This document shows positions 27,451-36,107 of a stretch of 64,000 nucleotides of DNA, one piece after another. Both the position numbers and the translations under genes were made by a program. Origin of the DNA: an uncultured Chloroflexia bacterium (GTDB taxonomy: Bacteria; Chloroflexota; Limnocylindria; Limnocylindrales; CSP1-4); NCBI GenBank assembly GCA_963721765.1, contig CAVRJP010000001.1:78878-142877 (forward strand), written 5' to 3'. The notes below the pieces were generated by a model. That model had not been told where the DNA came from, made no database searches, and worked only from the letters and a program-made list of their open reading frames with translations. Numbering within the stretch: position 1 is the stretch's first letter; each line of letters opens with the position of its first letter.

Positions 27451-28118
27451 GCCTCGCTCCGGAGCGCGTGCAGGGCCTCGGCCACGCGGAAATCGACCTC
27501 CTCGTCGATGTCCCACGCCTCCTCGCGCGGGATCTCGAACAGGATCGGCCGCTCGCCGATCCGGTTCCCGTTCCGCTCGAGGCTCGCTCGCGTGAACAGG
27601 TACAGGCACGAGTTCTCCTCGTAGACCGGGGGCAGGTCCTGCGTCCGGGCGAGGACGGATCGGTCGTGGTTGATCGGCTCGCCCGCGGCGTTCCAGAGGC
27701 GCGTCTGGAGCCGCGTGACGCCGAACAGCGAGTCAGCCTCCGCAGTTGCGAGGAGCCGCTCGATGGCGGCCGTGACCGTCCTCGTCTGCAGCAGCGGGTT
27801 CGTGCTGTGGGTCTGGAGGTAGAGGTCGGCTGCCACGCGCTCGACGTCGTGGGCCAGGACGTCGTTCATCGGGATCGCGCCGTCGCGCAGGTGCGCCGGC
27901 CGGTCGAGAACCTCGACCTCGGGGAACGCCGCGCGGGCGTCGTCGCGGATGCGCTCGCTGTCGGTGTCGATGACGACCTTGTCGACCGCGGGGCTGGCCA
28001 GCAGCGTCCCGACGATGTGGTGGAACAGCGGCTTTCCGCCGAGCGGCCGGTAGTTCTTGCCGGGCACGCGCTCGCTGTCGTGGCGCATGGGGACGATGGC
28101 CGCGACCCCAACGCTCAC
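27447..28118 (-). CDS. Acylneuraminate/SpsF-type cytidylyltransferase (CTP_transf_3 family)
   Basis: GTG at 28118 (GTGA overlap) within track ORF 27447..28601. Reads VAAIVPMRHDSERVPGKNYRPLGGKPLFHHIVGTLL...VVIDTDS... The product is 223 aa. Confidence 0.8.
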   Translation of the reverse strand: MSVGVAAIVPMRHDSERVPGKNYRPLGGKPLFHHIVGTLLASPAVDKVVIDTDSERIRDDARAAFPEVEVLDRPAHLRDGAIPMNDVLAHDVERVAADLYLQTHSTNPLLQTRTVTAAIERLLATAEADSLFGVTRLQTRLWNAAGEPINHDRSVLARTQDLPPVYEENSCLYLFTRASLERNGNRIGERPILFEIPREEAWDIDEEVDFRVAEALHALRSEA

Positions 28119-28744
28119 GGCAGGCGCTCGAGCACCGCCCGGACCGGGGACGCCTCGACGCCGTCGAGCCGCAGGGGCAGGCATGTCAGCCGGTACGCCC
28201 CGGCCGCGGCGGCGCTGAGGTCGATGCCCTCGAGGATCGTGACCCCCGCCCGAAGCATGATCCGGTGGATCTCCGGATCGTCGCCGAAGCGCTGGACGGA
28301 GAGGTAGTCGACGCCGACGAGGCGCAGGCCCTGGTCGGCGACCCAGCGTGCCCCGTCCAGCGTCAACGCCACGTTGTCGCGAATGAACGACGTCTCGACC
28401 GCCCATCGCTCGGAGTTGCGCGTGCGGACGAGCAGGCGTTCCGTCCCAGGCGGGACGGCCGCGAGCTCGCCGGGCCCGATGGCGATCGCGTCCGGCAGGT
28501 GGAGGACGTGCGCGGGCCCGACGAAGACGTCGAGGGGGATGGTGTCGAGTGCAGCCCCATCGTGGATGAAGTGCAGCGGGCCCTCGACGTGGGTGCCGCA
28601 ATGGACGTCCATCTCGATCGTGCTGACGTTCACGTCGTCGCCGGCTGCCGTCGACGACGCGGGCCGGACCTGGAAGCCGGCGGATTCGGGCCAGATCGGC
28701 ATGCCCGGGCGAACCCGGACGGAGATGTCAATCGGCTCGGACAT
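28115..28744 (-). CDS. Cyclase-family protein (kynurenine-formamidase fold)
   Basis: ATG at 28744 within track ORF 28115..28828. Metal motif: MDVHCGTHVEGPLHF (HxGTHxxxPxH type). Later: GVDYLSV. Confidence 0.75.
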   Translation of the reverse strand: MSEPIDISVRVRPGMPIWPESAGFQVRPASSTAAGDDVNVSTIEMDVHCGTHVEGPLHFIHDGAALDTIPLDVFVGPAHVLHLPDAIAIGPGELAAVPPGTERLLVRTRNSERWAVETSFIRDNVALTLDGARWVADQGLRLVGVDYLSVQRFGDDPEIHRIMLRAGVTILEGIDLSAAAAGAYRLTCLPLRLDGVEASPVRAVLERLP

Positions 28745-29741
28745 CGGCGTTCCTGGGCTCGGTGTTGTCGTAGCGGATGGGTCGGGCGTTCGGCGGGACC
28801 TCGTGGTCAACCTGGCGGCGGAGCCCATGGGGGTAGTAGAAACGTCGCCGCAGCGCTGCCGACTCCTCGCCGCGCTGGCGGAATCCGCGATACGTGCCGT
28901 AGAACTGGGCGGCCCGGAATGCGGGGATCGAGCCCAGGTTCTCGCGGAGCACGCCGTCGCGCGCCGCGTGGACGTAGTCGCTCGCGATGTTGGCGGCGGC
29001 GAGCCGGAGCGCCTCGAACGCGCTCATGCCGTGGTCGCGGTAGATGCGCTTGTGGGCGATTGCCTCACGCCGGTAGCGGTTGACGACGCCGCTCCACGTC
29101 TCCTCGTGGGCGTGGACGACCGGCGCCGTGGCGACATAGGAGATCGCGTGGCCGGCCTCGAGCGCCTTCTTCGCCCAGTCGAGGTCCTCCAGGCCGGTGA
29201 GCTCCTCGTCGTAGGGCTGAGACGCCCACACGCTTCGCCGCACCGCGGCATTGGCGTTGTTGCAGAACGGGTGCTGCTGGCGCAGGACCGACGTCGCTGG
29301 GAACCAGCGCGCCATGACCCGGCGCTCGGAATACTTCGTTCGCGCGTTCCCCTCCTGGCGGCCGTACGCGAGGGCGACCTGCGGATCGGCGAGAGGCGCG
29401 GTGAGCTCGGCGAGCCACGTGTCGTAGACGGGATGCACGTGGGCGCTCGCGAGCACCAGGACCGATCCCGTCGCCGCCCGACAGCCGATGTTCAGCGACC
29501 TGCCGAACGAGAAGTCCTCGGGCGCGATCGTCTCGATGTCGACGGGGAAGCGCGACGCGATCCCGAGGGTCGCGTCGGTCGAACCCGAATCGACCACGAC
29601 GATCTGGTCGGGTGGCTGGGTCTGGCGAATGAGGCCGCTGAGCAGGCGGCCGATGTGCTGCTCTTCGTTGAAGCAGCGAATGATCACCGAGGTCGTCGGC
29701 GCGATCACGCTGCTCACCGGCAAAGTGCGGGCAAGACACAC
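28728..29741 (-). CDS. GT2-family glycosyltransferase
   Basis: 337 aa. Reads TSVIIRCFNEEQHIGRLL.GL..QT..PDQIVVVDSGSTDATL...LEDLDWAKK. Start is GTG 29741 or GTG 29717. Confidence 0.8.
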   Translation of the reverse strand: MCLARTLPVSSVIAPTTSVIIRCFNEEQHIGRLLSGLIRQTQPPDQIVVVDSGSTDATLGIASRFPVDIETIAPEDFSFGRSLNIGCRAATGSVLVLASAHVHPVYDTWLAELTAPLADPQVALAYGRQEGNARTKYSERRVMARWFPATSVLRQQHPFCNNANAAVRRSVWASQPYDEELTGLEDLDWAKKALEAGHAISYVATAPVVHAHEETWSGVVNRYRREAIAHKRIYRDHGMSAFEALRLAAANIASDYVHAARDGVLRENLGSIPAFRAAQFYGTYRGFRQRGEESAALRRRFYYPHGLRRQVDHEVPPNARPIRYDNTEPRNADVRAD

Positions 29742-29814
29742 TCAGAGTGCGAGAGAATGCGTGACGGGATGGTAGGGCAGCGAGCGGACTCGAACGCGCG
29801 AGTGAGCGCCGTCG

Positions 29815-32715
29815 ATGCGTAACCGCATCCTCGTCATCCCGGTCGTCGAGGATCTCGAGGCGTTCGGCCGGCTCGCCGCGCACCTGGGCCACTACTTCGC
29901 GCACGTCCGACCGGAGCGGATCACCGTCCTGCTCGCGCCGAGCCTGCTCGAGGCCGCCGGGGCGTGGCTCGACGCACCGGCGCTCCCGCCGGCCTTCGAC
30001 GATCGGGTCGCGCCCCGCATCCAGGCCGTCCGGGCCTCGATCGCCCTCACGTCGTGGCCGGCCGATATCGAATCCCTCGGCGTCGCCCATGACCTGGTGC
30101 TCGACTGGGACGTCGAGCGCTCCGCGACGGAGCCGTGGGCCGCCATCGCGGCCGGCTATCGAGTGGATCGAACGCTGTTCAAGGTCGACTGGCAGCGGAT
30201 CCGGCTGGGTGCCGCGTCGATCGCCGAGGCCGCCAAGGTCCTCGCCCAGGGTCGTGCCTTCGACCGCTCCGAAACGAAGCGCATGAGCGACCTCGGCACG
30301 CGGCTGGGTCGCGCCCAGCGCGCCTACCTCGTGGGGACGGGGCCATCTGCGCGGGCGGCGCTCGACCAGGACCTCTCCGACGGCGTCCGGATCGCATGCA
30401 ACACGATCGTCCTCGACGACGAGCTGATGGACCACGTCCGGCCCCACGTGCTCGCCTTCGCGGATCCGATCTTCCACTTCGGGCCGAGCACCTACGCGGC
30501 GCGATTCCAGCAGGCCCTCCTCGAGCAGGCGCGCAAGCACGACTTCACGGTCGTCACGATCGAGCGCTACGCGCCGCTGCTCCGCGCCCACGCGCCCGAG
30601 ATCGCCGAACGAGTCATCGGTCTTCGCCTCGGCGCGGCCGGCTGGCCGGACAACTTCGACCTGCTGGCCCACGCGGCCGTCCGGAGCTACCCGAACGTGC
30701 TGACACTGTTGATGCTGCCGATCGCCGCCAGCGTGTCGCGCTGGATCGGCCTGATCGGCTTCGACGGCCGGCAGCCCGATGACGACTACTTCTGGCGGCA
30801 CGGTCCCACGGTCCAGCTCGACGAGGAGCTCCGGGACATCCGGCAGGTCCACCCGGGATTCTTCGAGGTCGATTACGCGGACTACTACGCCGAGCACATT
30901 GCAACGCTGGACCGCCTCCTGGGCCAGCTCGAAGCGCGGGGCATGGAGATCCAGGCACTGGCCGAGTCGTTCATTCCCGCGCTGCGTCGACGCTCCCCGC
31001 TGCGGCCGGCCGAAGCCTCTGCCGGGACCCCGGGGTCGAGTGCGACCCTCGTCTCGCTGACCCCCGACTGGATCGGCGACTTCGGCCACTTCGGTCCGTT
31101 CGAACGACGGGTCCACGAGGCCGCCGAGGCGGCCGGGCATGCCCACGTCGCCCTGGCGAGCGCCGGCCTGCGCGGCGCGGCCGACTGGCAGGTGCCGATG
31201 TTCTCGGAGCCCACGTTCGCGTCTTGGGCGGCTGGCGGCTTTCCGCCCGTCGGCGAGCGGTTCGATGGCGAGCTCCGAGCCGCCGTCAATCAGCTTCGCT
31301 TCGAACCTGGTTCGGTCGTGTATCTCTACACCGCCGACGTCTGGCACCTCGCGACGATCCTTGCCGTCGCCGCCGACCATCCGGCGCTCGGGTTCGTGGT
31401 GAACCTGATGCGGTCGCATGGCTGGATCGATCGAGCGTTGCACGCGCCGGATCCGTGGATCGAGAGCCTCGTCGATCTCCTGCGGTCCTGCCTGATCCGC
31501 GCATCCGGCACGAACGTGGTGGTCACCGTGGACACGGATGCGCTGGCCCGGGACGTCGAGCTTCTCACCGGCCAGCCCGTCCGGATCTGGCCGATGATCG
31601 CGGTGTCCCGTCCGTCGCAGGCCGTCACCGAGCGGAACCCGGACGGTGAGGCCATGCATATCGTCTCGCCGGTCCAGGCCCAGAGCGCAAAAGGCTTCGC
31701 CGAGCTCGTCGCGCTCGCCGAGCACGTGGCCGAGCGATTGGAGCGCGGCGAGCTCCGACTGACGGCGCGGTGGCCGGCCGGGGTGGGCCTTGGCCTGGAT
31801 CGCCTGGCCGAGCGACTCGAGGAACGAAGCGTCCGACTGGTTCGGGACAACCTCACCGACGAGGGTTTCGCCGAGCTGGTCGCTTCGGCGGACGTCGCGC
31901 TCATCCCGTATCGCGTCCGGCCCTTCCGCACGAGGACGTCGGCGGTGGCCGTCGACGCGCTCCTCGCCGGCAAGCCCGTGGTGGCGGTCCGGGGTACGTG
32001 GGCGGGCGACCTGATCGAGCGGCACGGCGCAGGCCTCACCTACACCGAGGGAAGCGTGACCGAGATGGAGGGCGCCCTCTCCCAGGTCCTGAACCGGATC
32101 GGCGAGTATCGGCGGCGGGTGGCCGAGGTCAGGGCCACGGTCGAGGCCGAGCACGCCCCGGAGCGGCTCATCGAGTTCCTGCGGACCGCCGGAGCCACGA
32201 CCGCTTCCAGCCCGGGAGCTCGCGGCGAGATCGGCGGCAGGCTCGGCCAGACGATGGACTGGATGCGGCGGGTCCATCGGTGGCGGGCGCTGGAGGAGGA
32301 AACGACGCGGTTCGCGGGCGTCATCCGAAGCGACGATCAGCAACGGACGATCGACACCTGGCGGGACGAGGTCGACAGCCTCAAGCGGGGGATCAGGTGG
32401 CGTGACCGGGTCAAGCCGAAGGCGGACCGGGCGGCGCAACGTCCGCAGGTCTCCGGCCCCCGGCCGAGGGCGCGTCGGTCCGTCAGGCGCAGGCGCGACA
32501 TCCGACGGGCGGTGCAGAGGGCGCTTCGCTTCGTCGTGCTCGGCAGCGTGCTCCTCGCCGTCCTGGCGGGCGGCCTGGCGTTCGCCGGCTACGAGCTCCC
32601 GGCCATGCTCGCCTTGGCCGCGGCAGTCGTCCTCTCCACGACGGGCCCGCTGATCGTCGCGACGCGAATGAAGCGACGCGAGTCCAGACGAGCGAGGCGC
32701 CGCTCTCCCGGCTGA
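29815..32715 (+). CDS. 966-aa DUF115/MptE-like (Maf-like, putative nonulosonic-acid transferase) domain fused to a GT-B-like domain, with coiled-coil and C-terminal membrane anchor
   Basis: Single intact track ORF. DUF115-like segment: RAQRAYLVGTGPSARAALDQDLSDGVRIACNTIV...HVLAFADPIFHF...YPNVLTLLMLPIAASVSRWIGLIGFDGR. Later GT-B-like segment: ADVALIPYRVRPFRTRTSAVAVDALLAGKPVVAVRGTWAGDLI. The C-terminus RFVVLGSVLLAVLAGGLAFAGYELPAMLALAAAVVLSTTGPLIV is hydrophobic. Confidence 0.7.
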   Translation: MRNRILVIPVVEDLEAFGRLAAHLGHYFAHVRPERITVLLAPSLLEAAGAWLDAPALPPAFDDRVAPRIQAVRASIALTSWPADIESLGVAHDLVLDWDVERSATEPWAAIAAGYRVDRTLFKVDWQRIRLGAASIAEAAKVLAQGRAFDRSETKRMSDLGTRLGRAQRAYLVGTGPSARAALDQDLSDGVRIACNTIVLDDELMDHVRPHVLAFADPIFHFGPSTYAARFQQALLEQARKHDFTVVTIERYAPLLRAHAPEIAERVIGLRLGAAGWPDNFDLLAHAAVRSYPNVLTLLMLPIAASVSRWIGLIGFDGRQPDDDYFWRHGPTVQLDEELRDIRQVHPGFFEVDYADYYAEHIATLDRLLGQLEARGMEIQALAESFIPALRRRSPLRPAEASAGTPGSSATLVSLTPDWIGDFGHFGPFERRVHEAAEAAGHAHVALASAGLRGAADWQVPMFSEPTFASWAAGGFPPVGERFDGELRAAVNQLRFEPGSVVYLYTADVWHLATILAVAADHPALGFVVNLMRSHGWIDRALHAPDPWIESLVDLLRSCLIRASGTNVVVTVDTDALARDVELLTGQPVRIWPMIAVSRPSQAVTERNPDGEAMHIVSPVQAQSAKGFAELVALAEHVAERLERGELRLTARWPAGVGLGLDRLAERLEERSVRLVRDNLTDEGFAELVASADVALIPYRVRPFRTRTSAVAVDALLAGKPVVAVRGTWAGDLIERHGAGLTYTEGSVTEMEGALSQVLNRIGEYRRRVAEVRATVEAEHAPERLIEFLRTAGATTASSPGARGEIGGRLGQTMDWMRRVHRWRALEEETTRFAGVIRSDDQQRTIDTWRDEVDSLKRGIRWRDRVKPKADRAAQRPQVSGPRPRARRSVRRRRDIRRAVQRALRFVVLGSVLLAVLAGGLAFAGYELPAMLALAAAVVLSTTGPLIVATRMKRRESRRARRRSPG

Positions 32716-32800
32716 GCTCCGCACTCCCGGCTGAGGCGCGCGCCTCGCCTGCGGCCCGGGCTCGGGCCCTGGGCCCGGAAACGCGACTGGCTCGGCGGGC

Positions 32801-35274
32801 CTAGCGGGCCACCTGTCGTTCGATCGCGTCGACGGTCCGTGCCGCGACCGACTCGCTCCGGCACGATCGACACCTGGCCCAGGAAGAACGCGGCGGCGCG
32901 CTCCTTCGCTGCCGCGCGCGTCCGCGGCCTTGCTCGCCTCGATGAGCCTGGCGAGGGTGCCGGTATCCACGGCGATGTCGAACGCGCCATTCGGCTGCTG
33001 GAACGTCGGGACTCGCTCGCCGTGCGGGTTGTAGTAGATGACCGAGCAGCCGCGCGCCATGCCCTCGAACAGGACGGTCGAGAAGCGCGAGACGAGGATC
33101 GCGTCGGTGGCGAGGAGGTGCCGGATCGGCTCCGCTGCCGCGAGGCCGGGATACTTCGCCGATTCCGAGGGGTGGAGTGACAGGTCGAGCGGCACGCCTG
33201 CTCGATCGCAGGCATCCCGGAGCGTCTCCACCCACAGGGCGCGATGATCGCTCTGGACGCCGTACGTGAAGTTGACGTTACCGACGACCCTCGGCTCCGA
33301 ATTGGCGGGCAGCGGCGCGTTCCAGATCGCCTCGAGGCGCGCGCTCCCGACGACCTCCAGCCGGTCTCGCCGCCCTTCCAGCGCCCGCACGTCGTTGTCG
33401 CCCTGGCAGAGCACGACATCCGAGGCCAGGTACGCATTCCGCGTCCAGCCCGTGTCGTCGTCCTGCCAGTCCTGGACACCCTCGACCTTCGCGAACGACA
33501 CGGTGCGCTTGCCCTTGACGTGCGCGACGTACTCGCCGAAGTACTCGCCCCAGTCGTTGAACGTGAGCAGGGCATCGAACTCCAGCAGCCAGTCGCCCGC
33601 CGGCAGTGCCGCCAGCGCCGGGACGTCGACCCTCGCGAGGGCCTTGCCGGTGGTGGCCCAGCGCCGGTCGTTCAGCATCGCGACCGGCGAGAAGCCCCGT
33701 TTCCGAAGCTCCTCCGCGAGCTCGATGAGCTCGTCGGTGTGGTACGCCGCCGAGGGCAGCAGCAGCACCGGCCTCGGCAAGCCGGTGAAGGATCGGATGG
33801 AGTCCGGTGTGACCGGCAGCAGCGCCTGCGGCCGGACGGGGCGCGCGATCCCACCCTCGGTCAGGGCGGGATGCTCGGTCGTTCCCAGCCACGCCGCCGC
33901 ATCGCGTCGCGCCCCGTCGATCAGAGGAGCGGTCAGGTGCTCGACGCGGCGGCGGATCGGGCCTTCGCTCGCCTCCTCGCCACGGGGCTGCGTGACCCGC
34001 CTCGAGGCACCGACCGCGAGCTGGCGGACGTCGACGCCCCAGCCGACGAGGGGCGCCGGAACCCGGCCGAGATCGCCGACGAGGCCGTCGAGCGCGGCGT
34101 CCGGGCTTCCGTCCGCGACCGCGATGCCGAGTGCCGCGGCAGTCCGCCGCGTGTAGCCGATGGCAGCCCGGTAGCTGCCCAGGTCGTCGGCGAAGAAGTA
34201 CGGCCCGCCCTGGCCCGCGGGCGCCGCCTTCGCCTCGCTGCGCTCGGCGAGGAGCCGCTCGATCGTGTCGCGCATGGCGACCGCGGTGGTGACGGCATGC
34301 GACGTCGGCTTGCGCCGATAGGCGACGCCGACCGAATTGCTGCCCACGAGGACGAAGCCCCAGCGCAGCAGCTTGAACCAGAGGACCTGGTCCTCCGCGG
34401 TCGGTGCGTCGTCGAACCCGCCGACCGCGAGGAACGCGTCACGTCGCACGACGGGGGCGGACGCGATGAACAGCGCGTCGTCGATGTGGCCCAGCCACGA
34501 GATGTCGTCGAGCTGCCTCCCGCTTGCCGGGGCCCAGTCCTCCGGCGTGCGCTCGACGCCCACGGTCTCGTGCCAGCAGTACGCGCCCGCGACCCAGGGC
34601 ATGTCGGCGTGCCGCTCGGCGAGCTCGACCCGTGAGGCGAGGGAATCGGGGGCGAGGAAGTCGTCGAGGTCCAGGAACGTGACGTAGCGGCTCGTGGACC
34701 GGGCGACGCCGGCGTTGCGGGCGAGACCGATCCCGACCGATCGAGCGATCCGGATGATCCGGAAGCGCGGATCGCCACCGATCTCGTCGAGGAGCACATC
34801 GAGCGTCGAGTCGGTCGAGCCGTCGTCGATGAGGATCGCCTCGAAGTTCGCCAGCGTCTGGTTCTTCAGGCTCCGGATGCAGTCGCGCGCATAGGCCGCC
34901 TCATTCCTTCCGGGGATGACCACCGTCACGATCGCCCCCGATCGCCCGATCGTCCGGCGCATCGGGAGGACGTCGGCTCGAACCCCGCCGGGCGCCGACG
35001 TCGACGCGCCGCGGCGGAGGCGGTGGTCGAGCTGTGCCAGCAACGCGAAGATTGCGAGCGTGGCGATCGCTGCTGCCCCAACGCGGAGCAGGACGTGATC
35101 TGCTGTGACCGCGAGGAGGAGGCCGGCGCCGAGGACGGCGGTGACGAGGATGCGCGGCGGTGTCGCGTAGGCCGCGATGACGCGGGCCGCTCGGAGCAAT
35201 CGGCTGCGCAGTGCGCTCGACCCCGACCGTCCGGATCTGCCGGAGCCGCGGCCGCCGGCGTTCGTGCCCGTCAC
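32801..35274 (-). pseudogene. Membrane-anchored GT2 domain fused to an HP-motif GT-B domain (capsule-synthesis KpsC/KpsS-like by eye), with the coding frame shifting twice within the last ~40 codons
   Basis: GTG at 35274 (GTGA overlap with the ABC ATPase stop). Reads IVTVVIPGRNEAAYARDCIRSL.NQTL.NFEAILIDDGSTDST, then ...VVGSARLE...LDLSLHPSES...VSRFSTVLFEGMARGCSVIYY. The frame of track ORF 29065..35274 is coding to about 32925 (..LIEASKAADA). High third-position G+C then moves to the frame of ORF 32589..33575 (AAAKERAAAFFLGQVSIVPE), and then to the frame of ORF 32801..33235 (SESVAARTVDAIERQVAR, stop at 32801). Confidence 0.6.
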
Positions 35275-36107
35275 CGCCGGCGTCTCCCCCGCAGCCGTGA
35301 CCCGGCCAGCGCGGCCGGATCGAGGCCGGCGGCGAGCGCCGCGGCCTTGCGCGCCTCGGATGCCTCCTCCGTCCGCTGGAGATGGAGCTCGACGACCTCG
35401 TCGGGTGGGCCCTCCCGGATCACCTTGCCCTGCTCGATGAGCAATGCCCGGTTGCAGTACTCGCGGACCCAGTCCATGTCGTGGGTGACCAGCACGACGG
35501 CCTTTGCCGACTTGACCAGCTCGATGACCCTGGCCTTCGACTTCGCCCGGAAATTCGCATCACCCGTGGCGAGGACCTCGTCGAGCAGCAGGATGTCCGG
35601 GTCGACGGCGGTCGCGATCGCGAAGCCGAGCCGGGCACGCATGCCCGACGAGTACGTCTTGAGCGGGGCATCGATGAACTGGCCGAGGTCCGCGAACTCG
35701 ACGATCGAAGGCAGCAGCTCGGCAATCCTCGGGCCATCGAGCCCCAGGAACGCGCCACCGAGCAGGATGTTCTCGGCCCCCGACAGGTCGACGTCGAACC
35801 CGACTCCGAGCCCGAGGAGGCCCGAAACCTGGCCGCGCACGTCCACCGTCCCCTCGGACGGTCGCATGATCCCCGCAAGTACCTGGAGGAACGTGCTCTT
35901 GCCGGCGCCGTTCGGGCCGATGACCGCGAGCGATTCACCGTGCGCGACCTCGACCGAGACGTGGCGCAGCGCCCAGAAGCGCTCCGGCGGCCGCCGGAGG
36001 ACGACGTTTGCGAAGCTCCGTCGAAGCGTCGACTTCTTGGTGAAGCGGAGGTTGTAGCGGACGCCGAGATCCCTGACGGCGATCGCGTACTCGCGGTCGT
36101 CGATCAC
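35271..36107 (-). CDS. ABC transporter ATP-binding protein of polysaccharide/teichoic-acid export type (TagH/Wzt-like)
   Basis: GTG at 36107 (GTGA overlap) within track ORF 35271..36155. Reads GESLAVIGPNGAGKSTFL..LAGI...YSSGMRARLGFAIA....PDILLLDEVLATGD... Confidence 0.9.
   Translation of the reverse strand: MIDDREYAIAVRDLGVRYNLRFTKKSTLRRSFANVVLRRPPERFWALRHVSVEVAHGESLAVIGPNGAGKSTFLQVLAGIMRPSEGTVDVRGQVSGLLGLGVGFDVDLSGAENILLGGAFLGLDGPRIAELLPSIVEFADLGQFIDAPLKTYSSGMRARLGFAIATAVDPDILLLDEVLATGDANFRAKSKARVIELVKSAKAVVLVTHDMDWVREYCNRALLIEQGKVIREGPPDEVVELHLQRTEEASEARKAAALAAGLDPAALAGSRLRGRRRR

Noticed and set aside
32904-32925. Phase variation by slippage at the CGCGCGCG run at the first frame switch of the GT2/GT-B gene
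   Set aside because: Four dinucleotide units is short for an efficient contingency locus. The other four frame breaks in the window are not at simple repeats. Assembly indels or plain decay are simpler explanations. This is kept only as a remark in the findings.
29065-35274. 2069-aa minus-strand ORF, the longest in the track
   Set aside because: Only the first ~2.35 kb (35274 down to about 32925) has real motifs and high third-position G+C. Below that the frame runs antisense through the intact 966-aa plus-strand gene (29815-32715) and out of frame through the GT2 gene (28728-29741), giving Arg/Pro-rich junk. It stays open only because the true gene changes frame near its 3' end and because stop codons are rare in G+C-rich DNA.
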